Assembly: GCA_963845085.1 (NCBI GenBank)
Contig: CAWJQI010000001.1
Span: 160,001 to 224,000 of the forward strand
Direction: 5' to 3'
Origin: Candidatus Fermentibacterota bacterium
GTDB taxonomy: Bacteria > Fermentibacterota > Fermentibacteria > Fermentibacterales > JCC-6
Length of the DNA: 64,000 bases
The notes under the pieces were generated by a model. The model saw nothing but the letters and a program-made list of their open reading frames with translations, was not told the origin of the DNA and did no database searches. Both the position numbers and the translations under genes were made by a program. This document shows positions 8,264-18,803 of this stretch, one piece after another. Position 1 is the stretch's first letter, and every line of letters begins with the position of its first letter.

Positions 8264-10169
8264 TTTCACCGGGGCACGGCACTCCGTCCCGATCCCATCC
8301 CCGCATGGCGTAGAGCTTCTGCAGTTCGGCCCGGAACGCTTCCGCGTCCAGCCCCGCCGCCTCGCCGATGAAGGGGTTCACAAGGTTTTCCTTCGCTTCG
8401 AAATAGGGTATCAGCGACTCGTCATCGGCCCTTGAGCGGCCGAAATTCCGTATCAGAAGGCGTCGCTCGAGACTGAGCACCCTGGCGCTCGCGGCGTCCA
8501 GTTCTGTGTCGTTCCATCCGATGCCGGTGAGCGCGTTGAACATGTGCCGCTCGAAGGACGGGCCCTCCATGTCGCCCGCACGGGCAAAGTTGTCTTCCGT
8601 GCGGTTTGAGTAGATGCGGGGGAAGACCTGGTCGCCGACGGTCAGCGAGTCCTTCATCACGGACCGGTTGCCGTGCCAGGCGGCTGCCAGGGCCTTCCCC
8701 TCGTAACCGCTCTTCGGGTCCGCACAGGCCTTCGTGCCGTAGACCCGTTCGGAAACCTCCATAATCCGCTCCCAGGAGAGGCCGTGGACCGGAGAGCATA
8801 TCCTGCTCCACCCCATGATGTTCTGCGCGTAGCCATGGGCGCTCGAAATGGGATCGCGTGTGTCGATGGCCCACTGCAGCGCCGAAACGACCCAGTACGG
8901 GAAGAATACGTAGTTGATATGGTCGCCGTGGCCGTCCCAGTGCCCGGCGTATCCCCAGGCCGGAAACAGCTGACCGAGCCGTTCGTTCCCGATTCCGAGT
9001 TCGCGGCTCGCCCTCACAGTGCCCTCGGCGAGCGCACTTCTCACCCTTCCCTGCCTCCTCGAGATCCCCATCAGAAGGTGTGACCAGAAGTGCGGGTCAT
9101 CGGGGTCGATCCGAACTCCGTCCACTTCGTCAAGTGTACCGTCGCGCGCAAGGCTTCGAAGCCAGGGCATCATTCCGATGAGGATCTCCCAGTGGTTCAA
9201 CCCCTCGTCGTTCGCTATCTGTCCGATCTCGAAACCGGCCTCGAAGCCGATCTTCCAGTCGTAGAAGCTGTTCGAAATCCCCGGGAACAGCCCGGCGACG
9301 CAGTCCATCTGGCCGGACAGTGTCCTGCCGGGGCTGAGTACTGCCGGAACGCTCGTATAGAAGCGAGCATCGTAGCAGCGGACGGCGCACCCCTGTGTGC
9401 AGGCCTGGAATTTCTGGCCGAACATCCGCACCCTGTGGGGATCGAGCTTCGGTTCATGAGGCCAGCCGTGGGAACCGTGCGCCTCGGCGCGCACAAGGTC
9501 GCAGACCTGCCCGAACCGTTCGGGTTCGGCCACCGGGATCGGCAGACCGCCCTTCACGGCTATCGCCTTCAGGTTTTTCGAGCCCATCACGGCCCCGAAT
9601 CCCCCCTGCCCCGAGGCGCTCTCGGTCTCGGTGGCGATGATGGCGATCCGGCAGAGGTTCTCCCCGGCGGGGCCGATGGCCAGCACCCTCCATCCCGGAC
9701 CGTCCATCAGCCGTTTCTGGGTCTCGTAGATGCCGAGACCCCAAAGTCCCGACGCATCGCCCAGGGTGCACCGACCGTTCTCAATCCTCAGGAAGACGGG
9801 GCTCGAAGCCCTTCCCGTAATGACGACCCCGTCGAAGCCTGCATGCTTGAGGGTCGGACCCCAGTGCCCTCCGAAGGACGAACGGGTGTACCATTCGTGC
9901 GGATAGCCCTGCGCAGACAGCCCGCAGACCGTCGTTCTCCCCGAGAACGGCGCGGATGTGCCCGAGAGGGGGCCGGTGAGGATCATGAGCGGGTTTTCAG
10001 GGCTGAAGGCGCCCGTGCCGGGGCGGATGATGTCGAATGCCATCCTGGCGGCCATCGCCCTTCCCCCGTACCAGTCCGGAAGAAGGTCGGCGGTATCCTG
10101 CATTTCGAAGGAACGCCTGGTGAGATCGACGTGCAGAAGCCTGCCTGCGTACCCGCCGAAACCGTTCAT
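8250..10169 (-). CDS. Tungsten-type aldehyde:ferredoxin oxidoreductase (AOR/WOR family)
   Basis: GYAGRLLHVDLT; LKHAGFDGVVITGRA; GGFGAVMGSKNLKAI; CTQGCAVRC; start at ATG 10169 overlaps the upstream stop. Confidence 0.9.
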   Translation of the reverse strand: MNGFGGYAGRLLHVDLTRRSFEMQDTADLLPDWYGGRAMAARMAFDIIRPGTGAFSPENPLMILTGPLSGTSAPFSGRTTVCGLSAQGYPHEWYTRSSFGGHWGPTLKHAGFDGVVITGRASSPVFLRIENGRCTLGDASGLWGLGIYETQKRLMDGPGWRVLAIGPAGENLCRIAIIATETESASGQGGFGAVMGSKNLKAIAVKGGLPIPVAEPERFGQVCDLVRAEAHGSHGWPHEPKLDPHRVRMFGQKFQACTQGCAVRCYDARFYTSVPAVLSPGRTLSGQMDCVAGLFPGISNSFYDWKIGFEAGFEIGQIANDEGLNHWEILIGMMPWLRSLARDGTLDEVDGVRIDPDDPHFWSHLLMGISRRQGRVRSALAEGTVRASRELGIGNERLGQLFPAWGYAGHWDGHGDHINYVFFPYWVVSALQWAIDTRDPISSAHGYAQNIMGWSRICSPVHGLSWERIMEVSERVYGTKACADPKSGYEGKALAAAWHGNRSVMKDSLTVGDQVFPRIYSNRTEDNFARAGDMEGPSFERHMFNALTGIGWNDTELDAASARVLSLERRLLIRNFGRSRADDESLIPYFEAKENLVNPFIGEAAGLDAEAFRAELQKLYAMRGWDRDGVPCPGENDGI

Positions 10170-10651
10170 GCCTGCCCCTTCCCAAGCAAAGGGTCCTGTT
10201 CCCCTGGCGGGATGCCCCGGAAGGCAAACAACGGGTCGGATCGTTCGATGTAACGCAGGACGCCGAAAGTGCATGCAGCCGTGCAGCGGGGGTGTCCGCC
10301 GCAAAGGTCGCATTTGACCGGCTCGTTGAGGTCGTCCCTCCAGAATATCGCCCGGAAGGGGCAGGCCTGAACGCACTTTCCGCACCTGATGCACAACCCG
10401 GTGTCGATCAGCCATGCTCCGGTCTCACCCGACCTGGACAGCGCACCGGCAGGACAAGCCTCGGCACATGCGGCCTTTTCGCACTGCCTGCAGTAAAGAT
10501 GCCTGTGCAGTCCGCCGAATGGGTCGAGCTCGATGACTATTGCGGATGCCCCTGGAACGTGGTCGCACGCCCTGGCCTGGGCGCAGACCACCATGCAGTT
10601 CAGGCAACCCGTGCAGGGAAATGGGTTTACGGAAAGCCGTCTGGGATCCAT
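10166..10651 (-). CDS. 4Fe-4S polyferredoxin subunit (AorA/DmsB-like)
   Basis: CTGCLNCMVVC, CRQCEKAACAEACP, CIRCGKCVQACP, KCDLC..CTAAC; GGAGG SD. Confidence 0.92.
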   Translation of the reverse strand: MDPRRLSVNPFPCTGCLNCMVVCAQARACDHVPGASAIVIELDPFGGLHRHLYCRQCEKAACAEACPAGALSRSGETGAWLIDTGLCIRCGKCVQACPFRAIFWRDDLNEPVKCDLCGGHPRCTAACTFGVLRYIERSDPLFAFRGIPPGEQDPLLGKGQA

Positions 10652-10737
10652 GATCCTCCGATTCCGGAAGGCATGACAAACCGGGGACGCAGGATGGTCT
10701 ACCAAATGCCAGAACTCGAAGCCCGGATTATATAACC

Positions 10738-12912
10738 ATGATGAAGAGACGAATCACGGCCTTGACCGGGCAGGAAATCCAAGCCATTGCAAACGCGGCG
10801 ACTCCCGATCCGTTCCGGCTTCTGGGGATGCACCGGACAGCTGACGGCTTCGTTGAGGTAAGGGCATTCTGTCCGGGCGCCTCCTCAATGCTCCTCGTGC
10901 CCGACGTGGGTTCACCTTCACCCATGAACCTCGTGCACGCGGACGGGCTGTTCGTCTTCCGGTCGCTCACGAAGACCGACCCCTTCGCATACTGTTTGAC
11001 CGTCATCAGGGGCGATGTCTCCTGGACAACCCGTGACCCGTACTGCTTCCTCCCCCAGCTCGGGGAGATGGACCTGCACCTGTTCGGCGAGGGGCGCCAT
11101 CTCAACCTTCACCGGATAATGGGCGCCAGGGTCAGGTCGATAGGCGCCACCGCCGGCGTGCTCTTCGCCGTCTGGGCGCCGAACGCCCGTGCTGTAAGTG
11201 TGGTCGGGAGTTTCAACGACTGGGACTGCAGGCGTCATCCCATGAGGAACCGGGGCGCGAGCGGAGTATGGGAGCTTTTCATTCCCGGAGTCGCCCCCGG
11301 AGACCTCTACAAATTCAGCATCCTGCCGCCGGGGGGTGAAAGGCGCACCAAGGCCGATCCTTTCGCGCTCAGAAGCGAATTGAGACCGGGAACCGCTTCA
11401 ATCGTGGCCGATCCAGGCGCTTTCTGCTGGAGCGACGGTGATTGGCTTCTGTCACGGGGGCGGGTCGATCCGTTCGCAGCCAGGATGGCTATCTACGAGG
11501 TGCACGCCATGTCGTGGGCTGGCAGCGATGACAGCTTTCCGGGCTGGGACAGGCTGGGGGACTGGCTTATCCCCTATCTCGGCGGCATGGGCTTCACCCA
11601 CGTTGAACTGATGCCCGTCATGGAACATCCGTTCGACGGTTCATGGGGCTATCAGGTAACCGGTTTCTTCGCTCCGACGAGCAGGATGGGAAACCCCGAG
11701 GACTTCTGTCGTTTTGTCGACCGCTGCCATCGGGCCGGGATCGGGGTGATCCTCGACTGGACGCCCGCCCATTTCCCAATGGATGACTGGGCGCTGGCCC
11801 TTTTCGACGGAACGCACCTTTTCGAACACGAAGACCCGCGCCTGGGCGTTCATCCCGACTGGGGAACCCTGATTTTCAATTACGAACGGCGGGAGGTCAG
11901 GAACTTCCTTCTCGCAAGCGCCGTTCACTGGCTGGACACTTTTCATGCCGACGGGCTGCGTGTCGATGCCGTTGCTTCGATGCTGTACCGGGACTACTCC
12001 AGAAAGGAGGGCCAGTGGATCCCGAACCGTTACGGCGGCCGGGAAAACCTCGAGGCTGCCTCCCTTCTCCGGGAGATATGCCATGAGATCGGCTGCCGCT
12101 TCCCCGGAGCGCTGATGGTCGCCGAGGAGAGCACGGCCTGGCCGGGGGTGACCCGTCCGCCGGAGGCGGGCGGCCTTGGTTTCCACTTCAAGTGGAACAT
12201 GGGCTGGATGAACGACACCCTCGAGTACTTCAGCAGGGACCCGCTCTTCAGGAAGGGCCGCAGCGGGGGGATCACGTTCAGCGCGGTGTACGCCTGGAGC
12301 GAGAACTTCATTCTTCCCCTCTCGCACGACGAGGTGGTGCACGGCAAAGGCTCACTCTACGGAAAAATGCCCGGAGACGACTTCCGGAAGAGGGCCAACC
12401 TCAGGCTGCTGTTCTCATACCAGTGGCTGTTCCCCGGCAAACAGCTCCTCTTCATGGGCGGTGAGAGGGTGCAGCAGCACGAATGGAACCCCGAAGAACC
12501 CCTTCCAATGGGCGACACCCGCATGGAGAGGTTTGTGGCCTCGCTGAACGACCTTCAGCGCCGGTACCCCCAGCTTCACCTGGAGGACTGCAGGTATTCC
12601 GGTTTCAGGTGGGTGGACTTCTCGGATGAGGCTGCCTCTGTGATTTCCTTCCTCCGGATGGCAGAAGGCTTCGATCCCCTGCTGTGCGTTTTCAACATGA
12701 CACCGGTGCCCAGGGCGGGCTACCGGATCGGCGCCCCTCTGTCAGGCGAGTGGACCGTTGTTCACAACAGCGATTCCGGCGAGTTTGGAGGTTCGGGGCT
12801 TCCTGTCCCCGGCACCTTCACTGCCGAGCCCGTCCCCCTGCACGGTCTGGATGCCTGCGTCGAGCTTTCGCTGCCACCCCTCTCATGCATCGTCCTCGGG
12901 CACAGAGGCTGA
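10738..12912 (+). CDS. glgB: 1,4-alpha-glucan branching enzyme
   Basis: [37 protein letters not shown]. Confidence 0.96.
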   Translation: MMKRRITALTGQEIQAIANAATPDPFRLLGMHRTADGFVEVRAFCPGASSMLLVPDVGSPSPMNLVHADGLFVFRSLTKTDPFAYCLTVIRGDVSWTTRDPYCFLPQLGEMDLHLFGEGRHLNLHRIMGARVRSIGATAGVLFAVWAPNARAVSVVGSFNDWDCRRHPMRNRGASGVWELFIPGVAPGDLYKFSILPPGGERRTKADPFALRSELRPGTASIVADPGAFCWSDGDWLLSRGRVDPFAARMAIYEVHAMSWAGSDDSFPGWDRLGDWLIPYLGGMGFTHVELMPVMEHPFDGSWGYQVTGFFAPTSRMGNPEDFCRFVDRCHRAGIGVILDWTPAHFPMDDWALALFDGTHLFEHEDPRLGVHPDWGTLIFNYERREVRNFLLASAVHWLDTFHADGLRVDAVASMLYRDYSRKEGQWIPNRYGGRENLEAASLLREICHEIGCRFPGALMVAEESTAWPGVTRPPEAGGLGFHFKWNMGWMNDTLEYFSRDPLFRKGRSGGITFSAVYAWSENFILPLSHDEVVHGKGSLYGKMPGDDFRKRANLRLLFSYQWLFPGKQLLFMGGERVQQHEWNPEEPLPMGDTRMERFVASLNDLQRRYPQLHLEDCRYSGFRWVDFSDEAASVISFLRMAEGFDPLLCVFNMTPVPRAGYRIGAPLSGEWTVVHNSDSGEFGGSGLPVPGTFTAEPVPLHGLDACVELSLPPLSCIVLGHRG

Positions 12913-12958
12913 ACCCCGTTCCTTTTCATATACTTGCATCGTTCGAGAAGGGGGGGGG

Positions 12959-13375
12959 ATGAAATCCCATACCGCATACCTGTGGTTCCAGACCGCCGGC
13001 AGGATGGAATTCATCAACATCACTGACCGTGTGGAAGAAGAGGTCGCCGCAAGCGGTATAAGGGAGGGGCTGTGCCTGGTGAACGCAATGCACATCACGT
13101 CCAGCGTCTTCATCAATGACGATGAGCAGGGGCTTCTGTCGGATTACGGGAGGTGGCTCGAGAAGCTGGCCCCCCACGAACCCGGTCTCTACCGGCACAA
13201 CCTGACCGGCGAGGACAATGCCGATGCCCATCACAAGAGGCAGGTGATGGGAAGAGAGGTCGTCGTCGCGGTGACGGCGGGCAGACTGGATTTCGGACCC
13301 TGGGAGCGGATCTTTTATGGTGAGTTTGACGGACGCCGGCGCAAAAGGGTGCTGGTGAAGATCATTGGAGAGTAG
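12959..13375 (+). CDS. yjbQ: YjbQ/UPF0047 family (secondary thiamine-phosphate synthase)
   Basis: [37 protein letters not shown]. Confidence 0.9.
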   Translation: MKSHTAYLWFQTAGRMEFINITDRVEEEVAASGIREGLCLVNAMHITSSVFINDDEQGLLSDYGRWLEKLAPHEPGLYRHNLTGEDNADAHHKRQVMGREVVVAVTAGRLDFGPWERIFYGEFDGRRRKRVLVKIIGE

Positions 13376-13384
13376 GAGACCGGA

Positions 13385-14086
13385 ATGCGAACACTTTTCA
13401 TTGTGCTGACCGCAGCGCTTGTGGCTGCGGCAGGTTGCGCGAACCAGGGGTATCCCCCCTATCCGCCCACGATAAGCGTGAACGGCATAGGCACGGCCTA
13501 CGCAGAACCTGAGATCGCCGTGATAAGTTTCGGGTTCAACGTAACCGAGAGCGACCCCGAGACAGCAGTCCAGACGGCGGCGGAGATGGCAGAATCGGCG
13601 ATCGCCGCAGCCGGTGAGGCTGGCATCCCCGCCGAGAACATCACCACGACAAGCTACTCCCTCTGGATCGAGGAGGAGTACGACTACAACACCTACGTCT
13701 ACACCGGAAACACCCTGTACCACCTTGACCACAGCATGCAGATCAAAACGGCCGACACCGAACAGGTCGGCGCGGTGCTCGCAGCACTTGTCGGTGGCGG
13801 AGCCAACACCATCCAGTCCGTGCAGTTCACGGTCGAGGACAGGGCAGCCCTCTACGCCCGTGCAAGGGAGATTGCGCTCAATGACGCGGCGCAGTCTGCC
13901 GGGCAGCTCGCTGAAAGCCTCAACGTGCGCATCAGCGGAGTCCAGAGTGTCAGCGAATGGGTCGACACCTACGCTGCCGATGCCGCCATGGGTTACTACG
14001 GCGACGGAGAGGCGATTCCGCCGGTCACGGGGGGAAGCCAGTCCATCACACTCAACGTCAACGTAGCCTACACCATAGAGCAGTGA
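13385..14086 (+). CDS. SIMPL/DUF541-domain lipoprotein
   Basis: Lipobox AAGC; TISVNGIG..AEPEIA; GGANTIQSVQF; AREIALNDA. Confidence 0.88.
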   Translation: MRTLFIVLTAALVAAAGCANQGYPPYPPTISVNGIGTAYAEPEIAVISFGFNVTESDPETAVQTAAEMAESAIAAAGEAGIPAENITTTSYSLWIEEEYDYNTYVYTGNTLYHLDHSMQIKTADTEQVGAVLAALVGGGANTIQSVQFTVEDRAALYARAREIALNDAAQSAGQLAESLNVRISGVQSVSEWVDTYAADAAMGYYGDGEAIPPVTGGSQSITLNVNVAYTIEQ

Positions 14087-14355
14087 TTCCCGACTTTCCG
14101 CCCCCGTCGGTTCAGGCGGGGGCGGACTCCCTTCAAGCCCTGATCCTCGACGCATCTGTCGAATCGCTGGGACTTTTCTTTGCCGAGATAGGCCTGGAAG
14201 CTGCTCCGGACGAGGTCGTGCAATGGGAGACGGGCGATTTCATAGAGATCATCCAGGTCTACGGCGACTGCCGCTTCCCCGGGAAGGCGCCGGACAGTGT
14301 GAAGGTTTTCATGGGCGGTCTTCCCCTGCATCTGCTCGAGCCGGATCATCAGTGA
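14083..14355 (+). CDS. Hypothetical protein (90 aa)
   Basis: GTG start overlaps the SIMPL stop (GTGA); acidic protein-like composition. Confidence 0.45.
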   Translation: MIPDFPPPSVQAGADSLQALILDASVESLGLFFAEIGLEAAPDEVVQWETGDFIEIIQVYGDCRFPGKAPDSVKVFMGGLPLHLLEPDHQ

Positions 14356-14429
14356 CCGGCATGACGTTCCTGCATCCCTGAACGCCCGCCCCCCTTGAAA
14401 ACCTCCGGTCCGGCGCCGTACTTGGGGGA

Positions 14430-17400
14430 ATGGAACACCTCTTTCTCATCCTTCTCGGGCAGGCCGTCACCATCACCGAGGTTTGCGCCGACCCTCTGAA
14501 CGAAACCTCCTGCGAATTCATCGAGCTTCATAATGCGAGAACCGGCACCTGTTCCAACCCAGGGCTTCTCCATAACCGACGGCGACGCGCTGGATCAGCT
14601 TCTGCCCTGGAACGAACAGGCGTACGGGGCTTTTCCCCACGCAGGGGTGGTCACGGGAACCGATTCGATCCCCGCGGGAGGGTGGGCAGTGGTGCTTGAA
14701 CTCGGTTACCTGCTCGATCCGTCCCTTTCCATAGCCCCCGGCACGGTGATCCTCACCACGGGCGACTACGCCCTGTGCAACGGCCTCGCCGCCTCTTCCG
14801 ACCCCCTCACCCTTTTCGGACCCGGTGGCACGGCCGGCTCCGACGTTCTTTCCACATTCGGCACCCCGGTTGAAACCGACGTGTGGGAGAACCGCGACGA
14901 TGACGGGCTCGACACGATTCCCTTCGATCCCGGCAACGGCCTTTCGGCAAACCTCTTCCCGCCCGGCTCCCCCGACGCCGAGGGCAGCTGGGTCGCAGCA
15001 TCTCCCACACCGGGAGGCCCGCCCGATTCCCCTCCCGACACCTTCGCGGTTTTCATCGAGGGGGTGTGGTTCAGCCCTTCCCAACCCGAGCCGGGCGAAG
15101 ACTGCGCACTTTTCGCCGTCTTTCACTGCTGGGGAACGGTTTCGCCGGACCAGGGCCTTCTCGAAATCTTCATCGATTCTGATGGCGATTCTCTCGCCGG
15201 GCCCGGTGAACCCTGGTCGTCATGGCCGGCCCAGATGCTCGAGCCCGGCTCGACCGACACCCTTTCAATGAGTTTCTCCGCCCCTGCGCGGGGGTGGTAC
15301 CTTGCCTCCGCCACGGCATGCGGGGCATACCTGGGCATCCCGCTTGCATCGGGGGGCGGGGTATCCCCGGTCATTACCGAGGTGATGGCAAACCCATGGG
15401 AGCAGGCCTCCCAGGAGTTCATCGAGGTTCACTACCCGGGCCCTGGCGTATTTCTGCTCGGTGGATGCAGCTTCACCGACGGCGATGCGGTCGACATTGT
15501 CACGCCGCTTTCCGGAACCTCGCTTCTCGAGGGCGGCGCATGCGGCGTCATCCTCGACCCCGACTACTCCGGGGGGCTTCCCATTCCACAGGGAACACCG
15601 CTGTTCACCCCGGGCAATTCGTCACTGGGCAACGGCCTCGCCACAGATGACCCCGTGGTGCTTTACGACAGGAACGGAACCGGGGTTGAAAACATCCTCG
15701 GAACCGCGGGCACGCCCGCCCTGTCCAACGACCCTCTCCAGTGCGATGACGACGGGCTCGACGGCATACCCTTCAACCCCGGCCAGGGGCGAAGCATGGT
15801 GAGGATCAACCCCGCGGCACCCGACCGCGAGTACAACTGGGCCGCTTCCGGCGAGGGCGGTTCGCCGGGGTGGCTCGACGACTGCGGCGCAGGCGCTGAT
15901 GTAATGGCCGACACGATCATTGCGCCCGCCTGGGTGACTCCCATGTCTCCGTTCCAGCTGGCCGGGGTTTTCACATCGGTCGGGGCTGCCGCGGCCTCCA
16001 ACGTCGAGCTTTTCCTGTTCAACGACCTCGACGCCGATTCCTGTCCCGACGCCTCCGAGGTCATCACCACCGCATTCATAGACTCGCTTGCGCCCGGTGA
16101 ATCATTCACCCTTGAAGGAAGCGCCGTCCTGCCTGATCACGGTTTCTTCCTTCTGCGGGCCCTCGCGGACTGCAGCGCAGACACTGTTCCTGCCAACGAT
16201 CAGACAAGCGTCACCGTGATGTGCGGGGAAGGCTCGTTCCCCGTCATTACCGAGGTCATGTGCAACCCCTCCGACCAGTCCCGCGACGAGTTCATCGAGT
16301 TGTTCCTTCCCGGCCCGGGGGTTGTCGACCCCTCCATTTTTTCCCTCTCCGACGGCGATGCCGTGGATGCGCTCCACGGCGACTTCCTGATCTCGGGCAG
16401 GTACGCTCTCATCCTCGATCCGGATTACTTCTCGGGCGCGATGCCCCATGAGATCCCGCCCGGCACCCCCGTCGTCCTTCCGGGAAACTCAGCCATCGGC
16501 GACGGCCTGTCGGGCGGAGACCCCGTCTCCCTCATCTTCGGAACAACAGTCGTCTCCACCTACGGAACGCCCGATAACCCTGATGACGGCATTCCCTACG
16601 GCCCTGCCACAGACATGAGCATCGAGCTTTTGTCACCCGGCCTACCCGACGCCGAAGCGAACTGGTTTGTGAACCCGCTTGGCCCGTCCCCCGGGCAACC
16701 CCCCCTCGGGTTGTGCCAGGGCACCGATTACGGGATGAGAGGCCTGTGCCTCTCCCCACCCGCGGGAAACGAGGGGACCGCCGTTACGCTCCGGGCAACC
16801 GTTGAGTCACTGGGAACGGAAACCGGCGCCATCACGGTGCTCTTCTGGGCAGGTGGAACCGGGATCGGCTCGTCATCGCCACCGCCTCCAGCGCCGGGCG
16901 ACTCCGTGTGCGTCGAACTCCAATGGGTGTCATCGGGTTCCGGAACCCCGGTCGAAGCGCTGGTGCAGTGCGCAGAAGACGAAAACCCCGGGAACAACGG
17001 GAAGACTGTACCGTGGGATCCTGATCCCGGGCTTGCGATCAACGAGATCATGTACTCACCCGGAACACCCGGGCCCGAGTGGGTGGAGTTGTACAACGGC
17101 ACAGGGTCTTCCGTTGAACTCTCTTCATACGTCTTCTCCGACCCTGATGCAGCAGCGGCACTGCCCGGATACCTGTTGGAACCCGGCGCTTACGCCATCC
17201 TGTGCCCGGATGCGCAGGCGTTCAGCGACGCCTGGAGCGGCGTGCAGTGCGCCGTACTCACGCCCTCATGCTGGCCGACGCTCAACAACGCAGGTGACAC
17301 CCTCTCCCTCGGTGACGGCACATTGACGGACTGGGTCCCGTTCAGCGCGGACTGGGGGGGCGGAAGCAATGTAAGCCTTGAGCGCCGCTCCCCGGCGGAA

Positions 17401-17784
17401 CGGGGGTGGCTTGAGGAAAACTGGGGAAGCTGCACCGAAGGCGCCACACCGGGCAGGGCCAACAGCATCTGCGGACAGCAGGGAGGCCCGTTCCTTTCAG
17501 CCTGGCCCGAGGTCTTCTCCCCTGACGGGGACGGAGTAGACGACAGGATCGAAATAACCCTGAACGTACCCGGGCAGGGCTGTTCAGCCGAGGCAAGGGT
17601 GTACGACGTTACGGGGCGAGTCGTTGCCGAACTGTGGAACGGCCCCGTTCCGGGGGTGACCCTCGTGCTCTCCTGGGACGGCGCAGGCATGCCGGTCGGA
17701 CGCTACATCGTCTTCGCCTGCGCGAGGAACGGGAACAGCCTGCTGGAGGGTGCTCTTGTAAGGGTTCTTGCCCGGAGGCTCTAA
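14430..17784 (+). pseudogene. Lamin-tail-domain (4x) and CARDB-like surface protein with T9SS/FlgD-Ig-like C-terminal domain; apparent frameshift near 14538
   Basis: Four ITEV/INEI...EFIEL repeats; C-terminus PEVFSPDGDGVDD..VYDVTGRVV..WDG..GRYIV; the leader and the first repeat start (14430 frame) are out of frame with the rest (14533 frame). Confidence 0.8.
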
Positions 17785-18746
17785 GACCGCCCGAACCTTG
17801 CCTTGAGCCTCTGCAGCATGTCGGCGGTCATGGCGGGAAGGTCCCAGGCGGGCTTCCACCCCCACTCTTCCCTGGCAGCCCTGTCGTCGATGCTGCTGGG
17901 CCAGGAGTCGGCGATGGCCTGCCTGAAGTCCGGTTCGTAGGTGACCCTGAAGCCGGGGATGTGGCGCCGGATCTCGGCTGCAAGCTCTCCGGCCGTGAAG
18001 GAAAGGGCTCCCACATTGAAATCGCCGTGATGCACCAGACGGGAATGGTCCGCCTCGGCAAGGTCGATGGTTGCCTTTATGCAGTCCGGCATGTACATCA
18101 TGGGGAGGGATGTGTCCTCCCTCACGAAACAGGTGTACTCGCCCTCCTGCACGGCCTTGTAGAAGATATCGACCGCGAAGTCGGTGGTGCCTCCCCCCGG
18201 AGGCGTTTCGGAGCTGATGATTCCGGGATAGCGCAGACCCCTTGCGTCGATTCCGAAGCGTCTGACGTAGTAGTCGCCCAGAAGCTCTCCGCATACCTTT
18301 GTCACGCCGTACATCGTCCGGGGTCTCAGGACTGTTTCCTGCGGGGTGTTGTCCCTTGGGGTTTCGGGGCCGAACACAGCGATGCTGCTCGGGATTACAA
18401 CCGTGCCCAGCTTCAGCTCAACCGCCAAATTGAGGATGTTGAGCGTGCCCTCCATGTTCACGCGCCAGCAGAGGGAGGGGTTCTTCTCGCCGGTTGCGGA
18501 GAGGATTGCAGCGAGGTGGTAAACGGTATCGATCCCGTAGCGTTTCATGATGGCGCCCGCCATTGCCGGGTTCGTGACATCGAGGGTGTCGCAGGGACCG
18601 GTTTGTGCAAGCGGGCCTTCAATGGTTCTGACATCGGTGGCAACAACGTTGTCACTGCCGTAACGCTCACGAAGCGCCAGGGTGAGTTCGCTTCCGATCT
18701 GACCCATCGCGCCGGTGACGAGGACTTTCGGGGTGGACTTGGTCAT
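17781..18746 (-). CDS. tdh: L-threonine 3-dehydrogenase (SDR type)
   Basis: VTGAMGQIGSEL; HLAAILSATGE; PSSIAVFG; MYGVTK; PGGGTTDFAV; RQAIADSWP. Confidence 0.9.
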   Translation of the reverse strand: MTKSTPKVLVTGAMGQIGSELTLALRERYGSDNVVATDVRTIEGPLAQTGPCDTLDVTNPAMAGAIMKRYGIDTVYHLAAILSATGEKNPSLCWRVNMEGTLNILNLAVELKLGTVVIPSSIAVFGPETPRDNTPQETVLRPRTMYGVTKVCGELLGDYYVRRFGIDARGLRYPGIISSETPPGGGTTDFAVDIFYKAVQEGEYTCFVREDTSLPMMYMPDCIKATIDLAEADHSRLVHHGDFNVGALSFTAGELAAEIRRHIPGFRVTYEPDFRQAIADSWPSSIDDRAAREEWGWKPAWDLPAMTADMLQRLKARFGRS

Positions 18747-18803
18747 CAGGGCTCCTGTATGTGAAAATGGATTGAACCGGTTTTCAAAACAAGCCGCATG
18801 CTA

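Noticed and set aside
10170..10415. 721-aa version of the AOR ORF
   Set aside because: The extension overlaps the ferredoxin gene; homology begins at ATG 10169
14466..17470. Recurring DNA motifs such as gacgacgggctcgac and accgaggt as a possible CRISPR or repeat array
   Set aside because: They are in-frame lamin-tail domain repeats without regular spacers
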